This document shows positions 48,310 through 57,933 of a DNA stretch of 64,000 nt, piece after piece. A program made the position numbers and the translations under genes. Within the stretch, counting starts at the first letter, position 1; each line of letters begins with the position of its first letter. The notes beneath the pieces were generated by a model. It was not told where the DNA came from. It saw only the letters and a list, made by a program, of their open reading frames with translations, and searched no databases. Source of the stretch: Gammaproteobacteria bacterium (GTDB lineage Bacteria; Pseudomonadota; Gammaproteobacteria; Poriferisulfidales; GCA-002705445); contig JABHAT010000007.1 of assembly GCA_018674175.1 (NCBI GenBank), positions 53,915 through 117,914 on the forward strand, read 5' to 3'.

Positions 48310-49197
48310 ATGTCAGATAGAAGATTACAAGTTTTTTATACTGTAGCAAAACTTTTAAGCTTTACTAAAGCAGCTGAAACTTTGCATATGACGCAACCCG
48401 CAGTTACATTTCAGGTTAGGCAATTAGAAGACCATTTTAATACAAGATTATTTGATAGGACCCACAATAAAATTTTATTAACAGATGCAGGGCAAAAAGT
48501 ATTTTTTTATGCGGAGAAGATTTTTGACTTAAATACGGAAATGGAACATTCATTAAGGGCTTTAGCCGAAGATACTTCAGGAACATTATCAATTGGTGGG
48601 AGTACAACAATAGCTCAATATACACTTCCATCACTTTTAAAAGGTTTTAGAGAGAAATACCCAGATTTAAGTATTAAAATATGTGAGGCAAATACCGATG
48701 GAATAGTTGCCAAAGTTGAAAGTTCCATGATTGATCTTGGTATAGTAGAAGCTCCTGTTTCTAATCAAGATTTAGATGTAGATATTTTTCGCTCAGACGA
48801 ATTAGTTTTAATCACACACCCAAAACATGAGTTTGCAAATCGTAAATCTGTAAAGCCAATAGAAATTTCAAAATTGCCATTTATAACTAGAGAAGAAGGC
48901 TCTGGAACAAAATCGGTGATATTTGATTATTTTTCAAAGCAGAATATAGAGAAAAATAATATGAATATTTGTATGGAATTAGGGAATTCAGAATCTGTAA
49001 AAGGTGCCATTGAAACTGGAATTGGAGTCTCTATATTATCAAAAACAACTATAGAAAAAGAATTAGAATTAAAAAGATTGTCTTACGTTCCATTAAGCCC
49101 AAAGCTAACAAGAAATTTTTATTTTGTGAAAAAACGTCATAAATTTAGATTAAAAGTTACGGATGAGTTAATTAATTATGCAAAAAGTTGTAATTAA
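48310..49197 (+). CDS. LysR-family transcriptional regulator (YeiE/CysL-like)
   Basis: N-terminal wHTH is LQVFYTVAKLLSFTKAAETLHMTQPAVTFQVRQLE. The effector domain has REEGSGTKSV...MELGNSESVKGAIETGIGVSILS, close to the E. coli YeiE pattern. Confidence 0.88.
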   Translation: MSDRRLQVFYTVAKLLSFTKAAETLHMTQPAVTFQVRQLEDHFNTRLFDRTHNKILLTDAGQKVFFYAEKIFDLNTEMEHSLRALAEDTSGTLSIGGSTTIAQYTLPSLLKGFREKYPDLSIKICEANTDGIVAKVESSMIDLGIVEAPVSNQDLDVDIFRSDELVLITHPKHEFANRKSVKPIEISKLPFITREEGSGTKSVIFDYFSKQNIEKNNMNICMELGNSESVKGAIETGIGVSILSKTTIEKELELKRLSYVPLSPKLTRNFYFVKKRHKFRLKVTDELINYAKSCN

Positions 49198-49200
49198 AAA

Positions 49201-49671
49201 TTAATTTAAATTTTTAATATATTGTAAAACTTCATCTGAGTGACCATTTACTTTAACTTTTCTCCACTCTTTTATTAAAGTACCTTTTGGATCAATAATA
49301 AATGTACTCCTTTCTATCCCCATATACTTTTTTCCATACATATTTTTTTCTTTTATTACGTCAAATAAATTACAAAGATATTCGTCTGGATCACTAATCA
49401 AATCAAATTTATATTTATATTTATTTTTAAAATTATCATGAGATTTGATGCTATCACGAGATACCCCGTATATTTTTGTATTTAATTTCTTAAATTTCGT
49501 TAAATTATTGGAAAAATCCAACCCTTCTTGAGTGCATCCCGGAGTATTATCTTTTGGATAAAAAAACATAACCACATAACCCCCCATCTGATCTTTTAAA
49601 ATAAATTCATCTTTATTAGTTGATTCTGCTTTAAAATTTATAATTTTTCTGCCAATTTCCATCTTTTTCAT
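49201..49671 (-). CDS. bcp: thioredoxin-dependent peroxiredoxin Bcp
   Basis: 156 aa. The peroxidatic Cys context is FYPKDNTPGCTQE. Confidence 0.9.
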   Translation of the reverse strand: MKKMEIGRKIINFKAESTNKDEFILKDQMGGYVVMFFYPKDNTPGCTQEGLDFSNNLTKFKKLNTKIYGVSRDSIKSHDNFKNKYKYKFDLISDPDEYLCNLFDVIKEKNMYGKKYMGIERSTFIIDPKGTLIKEWRKVKVNGHSDEVLQYIKNLN

Positions 49672-49760
49672 AAAATAAGCCCCTACAAGTTTTTTTAAAA
49701 TCAGTTAGAATTACACTATACTTAATATATATTATAACAAAAAAACCTAGGGCAAAAATT

Positions 49761-50633
49761 ATGTTTACAGGGAGTATGGTTGCATTAGCTACACCTATGA
49801 ATGATGATGGGTCAGTAGACTTTGAAAGTTATGAAAATTTAATAGAATTCCATATACAGAATCTTACAGATGCTCTTGTGCCAGTTGGGACTACCGGAGA
49901 ATCTGCAACATTAAATCATGATGAGCATTGCGAGGTAGTAAGTTTTGTTGTTGAAAAGACTGCGAAAAGAATTCCTGTAATTGCCGGTACGGGAGCAAAT
50001 TCTACATCAGAGGCTATTGCTCTTACAAAATATGCGTATGAGGCCGGAGTAGATGGATGTTTATCTGTAACTCCTTACTATAATAAACCTACTCAAGAAG
50101 GGTTGTATCAACACTATAAAGCGATAGCAGAGGCTGTGCCAGTCCCATTGATACCATACAATGTTCCGGGTAGAACTTCTTGCGATATGCTACCTAAAAC
50201 AGTAGAGAGATTTTTGAATATTGATAATATCGTTGCTGTAAAAGAAGCTATAGGAGATTTAGATAGAATTAAGCAGTTAGTTGAAATATGTGGTGATAAA
50301 ATAAATATTTTGAGTGGTGATGATTTAACTGCCATGGATGCGTTATTATTAGGAGGCAAAGGGGTAATAACTGTAACTGGAAATATTGCGCCTAAATATA
50401 TGCATCTGATGTGTAAAGCCGCAATTGAAGGAAACAAAGATTTAGCGCAAGAATATGATAAAAAAATTATTGGCCTACATAGAGATTTATTTCTAGAATC
50501 AAATCCAATTCCAGCTAAATGGGCTCTTTATAAAATGGGTTTAATGAAAAAAGGGATACGCTTACCATTAACATTATTTTCTGAAAAGCATCATGAAAAG
50601 CTTTTAAATTCTATGAAAATGGCAGAGGTATAA
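49761..50633 (+). CDS. dapA: 4-hydroxy-tetrahydrodipicolinate synthase
   Basis: GSMVALATPM, VGTTGESATL, the Schiff-base Lys in VAVKEA, and YNVPGRT. Confidence 0.95.
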   Translation: MFTGSMVALATPMNDDGSVDFESYENLIEFHIQNLTDALVPVGTTGESATLNHDEHCEVVSFVVEKTAKRIPVIAGTGANSTSEAIALTKYAYEAGVDGCLSVTPYYNKPTQEGLYQHYKAIAEAVPVPLIPYNVPGRTSCDMLPKTVERFLNIDNIVAVKEAIGDLDRIKQLVEICGDKINILSGDDLTAMDALLLGGKGVITVTGNIAPKYMHLMCKAAIEGNKDLAQEYDKKIIGLHRDLFLESNPIPAKWALYKMGLMKKGIRLPLTLFSEKHHEKLLNSMKMAEV

Positions 50634-50637
50634 AATT

Positions 50638-51714
50638 ATGTTCTATAGATTAATTTTTTTATTTCTTTCTATTGTGGTTTTTTCAGGTTGTTCGGACAAA
50701 CCAATAACAATTGATGATATAACTGGACTTGGATCAGATATAGCTGAGGTATTTGGAAAGGACGACTCAGATAATTATGGTGATAGCAAAAGTATCGCAA
50801 TGTTAGAAATACCCCCGTCATTAGACAATCCAAATTTCTCAGATTCACTCAAGGTTCCAAAATCAATCAATTTGAAAGGAGAAATAGAATCTTTGTCAGA
50901 TGCTCCAGTATTGCCTTCTTATATAGATATGACAATAATGAAGCAGGGCATAGCAAGATGGTTAGAAATACAATCTGACCCAGTATCATTATGGCCATAT
51001 TTAAACCAATTTTGGATTTCGCAAGGTTTCGATGTAACAGTAAATGAGCCAATCAATGGTATTTTAGAGACGGAGTGGAAAAAAAATCAAATAAATTTCA
51101 AATCTGAAGGAAAGCTCTTAGACGGCGAGGATTTTAACTATAACTCATCAAAAGAAAAGTTTAGAATTAGAGTAGAAAGACAGCCGAATGGTTATACAAA
51201 TGTTTATATTTCAAATCATATTTTAGAGGCTGATGATGTGGTTAGTGAAGGTAAAATTATTTGGAAAAAAAGAGAATCAGATTTATCGAGAGAAGCTGAA
51301 ATGCTAGTCAGAATGATGGAGTATTTTGGTACCAACAGAGTTGTTGCAATGGAGTCATTAAATGAAAGTAAAAAATATGACAAGAAAGTGTCTATTGATT
51401 TGATTGATTTTTATGGGGTACCAGCAATACTAATAGAAGAGTCATTTAGTAAAATGTGGAGAGAAATTGGTTTATCTCTAGATAGAAGTGGGCTAGTAGT
51501 TACTGATCAAAACAGAGACAAAGCAATTTATATTATTTCTACAAATCAAATATCTAATAAAGAAACTAGTTATGAAATTAAATTAACAAAAAGAAAGGAC
51601 AAATATATTATTACTGCTCATAAATTGAATAAATCTAAAATATCTAACAAAGATGCAAGAAAAATCTTAAAACATATAATCTATGCTTACAGCTCAAATA
51701 TAGCTAAGAATTAA
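50638..51714 (+). CDS. bamC: outer membrane protein assembly factor BamC (NlpB)
   Basis: Lipobox is VFSGCS. Lies directly downstream of dapA. Two helix-grip-like repeats align by eye with E. coli BamC: SLWPYLNQFWISQGFDV compared with TLWPQVVSVLQAKNYTI, and FSKMWREIGLSLDRSGLVVTD compared with [21 protein letters not shown]. Confidence 0.75.
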   Translation: MFYRLIFLFLSIVVFSGCSDKPITIDDITGLGSDIAEVFGKDDSDNYGDSKSIAMLEIPPSLDNPNFSDSLKVPKSINLKGEIESLSDAPVLPSYIDMTIMKQGIARWLEIQSDPVSLWPYLNQFWISQGFDVTVNEPINGILETEWKKNQINFKSEGKLLDGEDFNYNSSKEKFRIRVERQPNGYTNVYISNHILEADDVVSEGKIIWKKRESDLSREAEMLVRMMEYFGTNRVVAMESLNESKKYDKKVSIDLIDFYGVPAILIEESFSKMWREIGLSLDRSGLVVTDQNRDKAIYIISTNQISNKETSYEIKLTKRKDKYIITAHKLNKSKISNKDARKILKHIIYAYSSNIAKN

Positions 51715-51715
51715 T

Positions 51716-52618
51716 TTATCCCGGAAAATTTGAATGCAATTGGGAAAACTTTAAATATGATATTTTACTTTTTTTGTTGTTATGAATATCCTTTTTTTTA
51801 TCTTTTTCAATATACGCATACGCTGAATGATTGTGTATAGATTCAAAGTTCTCAGACTCAATTTTATAAGCGGTAATCCTCTCATCTTTATTTAATGTAA
51901 CTGCAACATCTCTTATTATATCTTCAGTGAATTTTGGATTGTCATATGCTTGTTCAGTAACATATTTTTCATCAGGTCTTTTTAATAGCCCGTAAATTTG
52001 GCAAGATGCTTGATCTTCCAACATCTCAATGACATCATCAATCCATACTGTTTTTTCAGTTCTAATATGTGCTGAAATATGGGACCTCTGATTATGGGCA
52101 CCATAGTCTGATATATTTTTCGAGCATGGGCATAAGCTAGTTACTGGAACCGTAACCTTCAAATATTTATTTACTACATTATTCTTTACTTCACATGTAT
52201 AGTTTATTGAGTAATCTAGAAGACTTTCCACGCGAGATACTGGAGCACATTTTTTCTTAAAATATGTAAAATCTACTGAAATATAGGCAGAATCAGAATC
52301 TAATATATTTGTTGTATTTTTAACCAAACTATCAAAGTTTTTAATACTAAGAGAGCTGTCTTGGTCTTCTAGTATTTTTACGAATCTTGACATATGTGTG
52401 CCTTTGACATTATGTGGAAGGCCAACAGACATTGTGAAATTACCAATTGTAGATTGAGGAACCCCGTCTCTATCTGATATTTCAAAAGGGTATTTAATGT
52501 CTTTAATTCCAACTCTTGTAATAGGAATATTTCTGACATCAACCTTATTTTGAGTATCCTGAAGCTCTTTTAATGCTTTTTGGTCCTTTTTTTTGCTTTC
52601 TTCTTTAATAATATCCAT
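51716..52618 (-). CDS. folE2: GTP cyclohydrolase FolE2 (type IB)
   Basis: FolE2/DUF198 hallmarks are present: KGTHMSRF and VTSLCPCSK. 300 aa, with a basic C-terminal tail. Confidence 0.85.
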   Translation of the reverse strand: MDIIKEESKKKDQKALKELQDTQNKVDVRNIPITRVGIKDIKYPFEISDRDGVPQSTIGNFTMSVGLPHNVKGTHMSRFVKILEDQDSSLSIKNFDSLVKNTTNILDSDSAYISVDFTYFKKKCAPVSRVESLLDYSINYTCEVKNNVVNKYLKVTVPVTSLCPCSKNISDYGAHNQRSHISAHIRTEKTVWIDDVIEMLEDQASCQIYGLLKRPDEKYVTEQAYDNPKFTEDIIRDVAVTLNKDERITAYKIESENFESIHNHSAYAYIEKDKKKDIHNNKKSKISYLKFSQLHSNFPG

Positions 52619-52645
52619 AATTTATAAAGTTTGTAATATTTTTGT

Positions 52646-54535
52646 TTATTTTTCAATATTACTAGAGTGATTTAAATCATACAAGTTATTATTCTTTATA
52701 CATTTTTTAATTCTTTTAAGTATATTTTCTTTAGAAACACCACTTTGTTTTAGCTGTTCTTCTCGCGTTGCATGGCGAAAAAATCTATCTGGTGTTCCAA
52801 TATTTATTATATTGACGCTTGAATTATTTTTAGCTAACACTTCATTTACAGCACTTCCAGCTCCACCCATAATGCTATTATCTTCAACAGTAACTATCAA
52901 AGAGTACTTTTCTGCCGAATCTAAAATAACCTTATCATCTATAGGTTTTATAAATCTCATATCAAATAATGATGCATTAAGTTCTTCGGCAACGCTCAAA
53001 CAAACATCTAATACTGAGCCAAAACATAATATTACGATACTCTCAGCTACTCTAATTTTTTTTGAAATTCCTATTTCATAATTTTCTAGTTTTTCACTAG
53101 TTTTTTCTCCCAACCCTTCACCTCTAGGGTACCTTACAACAGCAGGACCATTATGCAGGTATCCTGTATACAACATATTTTTACACTCTTCTTCGCTACT
53201 AGGTGCCATAATTAGCATATTTGGAATACACCTAAGATACGATAAGTCATAAGAACCATTATGAGTGCCTCCATCTGCACCAACGAAGCCAGACCTGTCA
53301 ACAGCAAATAAAACATCAAGATTTTGAAGCGCTACGTCGTGTATTAATTGATCATAAGCTCTTTGTAAAAATGTAGAATATATACAGACTATAGGTTTTT
53401 GTCCTTCACAAGCCAATCCAGCCGCAAGAGTTACAGAATGTTGTTCCGCAATACCAACATCAATATATCTATCTGGAAATTTCTTCGAAAAATTAACAAG
53501 ATCTGAGCCTTCTCTCATTGCTGGGGTAATAGCAAAAATTCTTGGGTCTTTTTTTGCCATAGCGCATATCCAATCATCGAATATTTGAGTATAAGTAATT
53601 TTTTGATTTATAGCTTTTTCTACGCCTTTATTTCTATCAAAAACTGGAACAGCATGGTATTTAACCGGATCTGATTCAGCTGGTAAATAACCTTTCCCTT
53701 TTTTTGTTATAACATGAAGTAGTTTTGGCCCAGGAATTTTTTTTAAGTTTTTTAAAGTTTTTACTAGAAAATGAGTATCGTGACCATCAATTGGTCCATA
53801 ATAATTAATTCCCATTTCCTCAAAAAGCATACCTGGAGCTAATAAACCCTTAATATGTTTTTCTGTTTTTGTAAGGAACATTCCAGAAGGCGGTACTTTT
53901 TTTAAAATATTTTTACTACTTTCCTTCACTGTAGAGTAGGCTTTACTAGATATGATTTTTGTTAAATAGTTTGTCATTGCTCCAACGTTAGGCGAAATAG
54001 ACATCTCGTTATCGTTTAAAATAACTAACACATCCTCGTCTATTGAGCCCATATGATTTAATGCCTCAAAAGCCATTCCTGCACTTAATCCGCCGTCACC
54101 AATTACTGCGACTATCTTTTTATTTTCTTTTTTGTATGAGGAGGCAATGGCCATACCTATTGCTGCACTAATAGAGGTACTAGAATGTCCTACCCCAAAT
54201 ACATCATATTTACTTTCCTCTATTGAAGGAAAGGGGTGAAGCCCATTCTTTTTTCTAATGGTTTTTAGCTTATCTCTTCTTCCAGTAAGAACTTTATGTC
54301 CATAACACTGGTGCCCAACATCCCAAATTATTTTGTCTTCTGGAGTGTTGAAAGAATAATGAAGAGCAACAGTAAGTTCTACTGCACCTAAGCTTGCACC
54401 AAAGTGACCACCACATTGAGATACAGTCTCAATTAAATAATGTCTTAACTCTTCTGACACATTATCTAATTCGTTGATTGACAATATCCTTAAATCAGAA
54501 GGGTCATTTATTTTATCTAGAAATTCATATTTCAT
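52646..54535 (-). CDS. dxs: 1-deoxy-D-xylulose-5-phosphate synthase
   Basis: GGHFGASLGAVEL and the ThDP motif IGDGGLSAGMAFEALN. 629 aa. Lies downstream of ispA, as in the E. coli xseB-ispA-dxs arrangement. Confidence 0.96.
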   Translation of the reverse strand: MKYEFLDKINDPSDLRILSINELDNVSEELRHYLIETVSQCGGHFGASLGAVELTVALHYSFNTPEDKIIWDVGHQCYGHKVLTGRRDKLKTIRKKNGLHPFPSIEESKYDVFGVGHSSTSISAAIGMAIASSYKKENKKIVAVIGDGGLSAGMAFEALNHMGSIDEDVLVILNDNEMSISPNVGAMTNYLTKIISSKAYSTVKESSKNILKKVPPSGMFLTKTEKHIKGLLAPGMLFEEMGINYYGPIDGHDTHFLVKTLKNLKKIPGPKLLHVITKKGKGYLPAESDPVKYHAVPVFDRNKGVEKAINQKITYTQIFDDWICAMAKKDPRIFAITPAMREGSDLVNFSKKFPDRYIDVGIAEQHSVTLAAGLACEGQKPIVCIYSTFLQRAYDQLIHDVALQNLDVLFAVDRSGFVGADGGTHNGSYDLSYLRCIPNMLIMAPSSEEECKNMLYTGYLHNGPAVVRYPRGEGLGEKTSEKLENYEIGISKKIRVAESIVILCFGSVLDVCLSVAEELNASLFDMRFIKPIDDKVILDSAEKYSLIVTVEDNSIMGGAGSAVNEVLAKNNSSVNIINIGTPDRFFRHATREEQLKQSGVSKENILKRIKKCIKNNNLYDLNHSSNIEK

Positions 54536-54550
54536 AATTTAATTTTAAAA

Positions 54551-55453
54551 TTAAAATTTTCTGTCGAAGATATAATTTGAAATATCTTGTAACATAGTGT
54601 TCTTAAACCCCATATCTTCTAAAATTTTATTCATAAGCTCTTTATTTTCTTCTAACAATTTTACTGTTTCATCAATACCAAGTAAATTAACATAATTGGG
54701 CTGATTTCTTAATTCATCTTTATTTTTTGTTTTTCCTAGAGTATCAGAAGAACTAGTATAGCCCAATAAATCATCTTTAATTTGAAAAGATAAACCTAGA
54801 GTTAGGCCAAATAATAGCAACGCATCAAAGTCAGCAGGGTAATTTTCATCTAGCATATAAGGCAGTATAATGCATGGAGCTATAAGATTTGATGTTTTTA
54901 AGTAATATATTTTTTTTAGTTGGCTCAGATCAACATTTTTATTATTAATAGATAAATCTAAATACTGCCCACCTGCAACACCATTCAAACCAATTGAAGA
55001 CGAAAGATAATTAATCCAATTCAAATGTGTTTTATGAGATATTTCATCATATTTTTTATTACTTAATATTTCAAAAGCTAGCGATTGAAGAGCGTCTCCT
55101 GCTAATACAGCAGAGGATTCATTAAATGCTATGTGACAGGATGGCGACCCTCTTCTTATGTCATCATCATCCATGCAAGGAAGGTCATCGTGTATTAATG
55201 TGTAAGTATGAATTAATTCAATAGCTATAGCAGGCTGCTCTAACAGTTTCGAATCAATATTTAATATTGAGCCTGTGGCATATACTAATAAAGATCTAAT
55301 AAATTTACTTCCATTTAAAGAAGAATATTTCATGGGCTCTATCAATCCGCACGAATCTTTACCATACAATGCAAAGATATCTTGCAAATTATTCTGAATT
55401 TTTAAAGTGTACGTATCTTTAAATTCCAAAAATTCTTGTTTTTTATTGCTCAT
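54551..55453 (-). CDS. ispA: (2E,6E)-farnesyl diphosphate synthase
   Basis: The first aspartate-rich motif is LIHDDLPCMDDDDIRRG. The second is FQIKDDLLG. Confidence 0.93.
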   Translation of the reverse strand: MSNKKQEFLEFKDTYTLKIQNNLQDIFALYGKDSCGLIEPMKYSSLNGSKFIRSLLVYATGSILNIDSKLLEQPAIAIELIHTYTLIHDDLPCMDDDDIRRGSPSCHIAFNESSAVLAGDALQSLAFEILSNKKYDEISHKTHLNWINYLSSSIGLNGVAGGQYLDLSINNKNVDLSQLKKIYYLKTSNLIAPCIILPYMLDENYPADFDALLLFGLTLGLSFQIKDDLLGYTSSSDTLGKTKNKDELRNQPNYVNLLGIDETVKLLEENKELMNKILEDMGFKNTMLQDISNYIFDRKF

Positions 55454-55829
55454 ATTTTTTTATTACTGATTTAGCTTTCTTTAAATAAGATTCTATATTA
55501 AAGATTATTAATAATGCTTTTTTGTAATAGCTTTCAGCTTCATTAATACTAATTTCTTCATCTTCTAGATTTTCTATAATCTTATCAATCTCAATAAAAG
55601 ATTTCTCAATATTAATACTTTTAGTATCGATTACTTTTACTTTTTTTATTTTTTGTATATTTTTTTCTATAGCAAGCAATTCTTTATCTGCTTCATTTGA
55701 AAGTCTTACTCCATCTTCGTAAAGCTTTATTGAATTTTCAATTGGTATGTTTGAAGAGTTAAGCTTAGAGATAATATTCTCTAGTTCTTCTAAAATACTC
55801 TCATATGTTTTATTTTTTTCTTTTTTCAT
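55443..55829 (-). CDS. xseB: exodeoxyribonuclease VII small subunit, apparent tandem double XseB
   Basis: Residues ~8-60 (YESILEELENIISKLNSSNIPIENSIKLYEDGVRLSNEADKEL) match E. coli XseB ([43 protein letters not shown]). Residues ~75-125 (EKSFIEIDKIIENLEDEEISINEAESYYKKALLIIFNIESYL) repeat the same pattern. It is 128 aa, against ~80 aa usually. Confidence 0.8.
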   Translation of the reverse strand: MKKEKNKTYESILEELENIISKLNSSNIPIENSIKLYEDGVRLSNEADKELLAIEKNIQKIKKVKVIDTKSINIEKSFIEIDKIIENLEDEEISINEAESYYKKALLIIFNIESYLKKAKSVIKKYEQ

Positions 55830-55833
55830 TTAT

Positions 55834-56658
55834 TTAGTCAAATATTATATTATCTTTATTATTATATATTAAAAAAGATCTTTGTTTAGTTCTTGCAATC
55901 ATTGTTACATTCAAATCTTTTGCTAGCTCTATGCCCATGTTTGTTACTCCAGACCTTGATATTATAATTGGTATATTCATATGTTTTACCTTCATAATTA
56001 TCTCAGAGGTTAATCTTCCAGTTGTATAAAATATTATTTTCTCACCAGGCATTTCATTTAGCCACATAATTCCTGATAATGTATCTGCAGCATTGTGCCT
56101 CCCTACATCTTCTACAAATTCTATTACCCCGGATGTATTACATAGTGCGCAACCGTGAACCGCACCTGCTTCTTTATATATATCATTATATTGAGTTATT
56201 TTTGCCAATAGACTAAATATCTCAGACCTTTTTATCTTAATATTTGGCAGAGTTTTATCATAAAGTTTTTCAAGAGTACTACTATAAATTGTTCCTTGCC
56301 CGCATCCAGTTGTAACTGTTTTATTTTTTAATTTACTTGTAATCTCTTTAATATCATTGTGCTTAGTCTTTACATTAGAAACTGCAGTATCCCACCTTAC
56401 GTCGATACTAATAATGTCTTTTATATCTTCTATTATTCCTTGATTTCTAATATAACCTAATGTAAGTTCTTCTGGTTTTGTACCTAAAGTCATGAGCGTA
56501 ATAATTTCTGCATCATTAATTTTTATTGTTAACGGAAGTTCTCCAGCTACCTTGGAGGCAACTTTTTCTCCTAAATGATTAAAAGTTGTAACATCATTAG
56601 TCGGGGATAGACCATTATTAGATATTTTTATTATTTTATTTTTATATTTATTGTTCAT
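55834..56658 (-). CDS. fdhD: FdhD-family sulfurtransferase (formate dehydrogenase accessory protein family)
   Basis: 274 aa. GRHNAADT matches the FdhD GRHNA motif. No formate dehydrogenase gene is in the window. Confidence 0.75.
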   Translation of the reverse strand: MNNKYKNKIIKISNNGLSPTNDVTTFNHLGEKVASKVAGELPLTIKINDAEIITLMTLGTKPEELTLGYIRNQGIIEDIKDIISIDVRWDTAVSNVKTKHNDIKEITSKLKNKTVTTGCGQGTIYSSTLEKLYDKTLPNIKIKRSEIFSLLAKITQYNDIYKEAGAVHGCALCNTSGVIEFVEDVGRHNAADTLSGIMWLNEMPGEKIIFYTTGRLTSEIIMKVKHMNIPIIISRSGVTNMGIELAKDLNVTMIARTKQRSFLIYNNKDNIIFD

Positions 56659-57907
56659 TATTAATTTCTAAATGCACGGTTTTAACTGCATTATCCAGAT
56701 TTTCTATAATTTTGAAAGTGTGCCCCTGAATGTTAATTGTATCATTTATCCTGGGAAGATTTTCTATATGTTCTAATATAAAACCATTTATTGTTTTAGC
56801 GCTTTTAGCATTTAAATTAATACTTAGAATTTGATTTATTTCTCTTATGTGCGCACCTCCGTCAATAATAAAAATATTTTCATTATCAGTTGGAATTATT
56901 TCTTCACTATCTGCTGGGTCACTTGTAAAATCCCCAACAATTTCTTCAAGTATATCCTCTAAGGTAACTAATCCTTGAATATTTCCATATTCATCAACTA
57001 TAAAACCAATCCTTCTTTTTTCTTTCTGAAAATTAAGTAGTTGTCTATACAAAGAAGTCCCCGAAACAATATAGTATGGTTTTTTTATAAGTTTTTTTAT
57101 CTCAGTTTCATCAATACTGTTACTGGCTAACATTGGCGCAATATTTTTAATGTGAATTAAACCCAAGAGGTTCTCAATATTATCTTCATACACAGGTATT
57201 CTGGTATAAGGTGTGCTTTTAAAGTTGTTAACAACTGTAGCTATATCGTCCCCAATATCTATTCCATATATATCACTTCTTGGAATCATAATATCTTCAA
57301 CTGTGGCTTTTTCTAAATCAATAATACTTTCTAGCATTTTTAAATGAGGTTTAGGAAACTTAATAGAAGACTCGCTCAAAACTGTTTTAAGTTCATCAGA
57401 AGTTAATGAGCTTTTAGAAGTATTATCTTTAAGACCCATAAATTTAATTATACTATTTGCAATAAAATTTATTAAAAAAACTAATGGATACAATATTATT
57501 AGCATTGGTTTAAATAGCAATGATGACGAATAAGCAATTTTTTCTGAATGCATTTCACCAATGGTTTTTGGTGTTAGCTCTGCAAATATTAAAATAAAAA
57601 TAGTAAGTAAGCCTGTTGCTATTGCCAAGCCAATATCTCCATAAAGCCTTAAGGATATAAGCGTCGCTATCTGTGTTATTAAAATATTTGTTAAATTATT
57701 ACCAAGAAGAATTACTCCAATAACTTTATCGGGGTTTTCTAAAAGTTTTTTTGCTGCTTTTGCACCTTTATTATTAAGTTTAGCTTGGTGTCTCATTTTA
57801 TACTTATTAATAGACATTAATGCAGTTTCTGACCCCGAGAAAAAAGCAGAAAGTAAAAATAAAATTACAAGTACAATAATTAAAATCTCAGTAGATATGC
57901 TATCCAT
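56648..57907 (-). CDS. corB: CNNM/CorB-type transporter (DUF21 membrane domain + CBS pair + CorC_HlyC domain)
   Basis: Four N-terminal TMs, then a CBS pair (VEDIMIPRSDIYGID ... IVDEYGNIQGLVTLEDILEEIVG), then a C-terminal transporter-associated domain. Lies downstream of ypjD, as in the E. coli ypjD-yfjD arrangement. Confidence 0.8.
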   Translation of the reverse strand: MDSISTEILIIVLVILFLLSAFFSGSETALMSINKYKMRHQAKLNNKGAKAAKKLLENPDKVIGVILLGNNLTNILITQIATLISLRLYGDIGLAIATGLLTIFILIFAELTPKTIGEMHSEKIAYSSSLLFKPMLIILYPLVFLINFIANSIIKFMGLKDNTSKSSLTSDELKTVLSESSIKFPKPHLKMLESIIDLEKATVEDIMIPRSDIYGIDIGDDIATVVNNFKSTPYTRIPVYEDNIENLLGLIHIKNIAPMLASNSIDETEIKKLIKKPYYIVSGTSLYRQLLNFQKEKRRIGFIVDEYGNIQGLVTLEDILEEIVGDFTSDPADSEEIIPTDNENIFIIDGGAHIREINQILSINLNAKSAKTINGFILEHIENLPRINDTINIQGHTFKIIENLDNAVKTVHLEINNEQ

Positions 57908-57933
57908 TTATAAGCTCATTTATCATAATTAAA

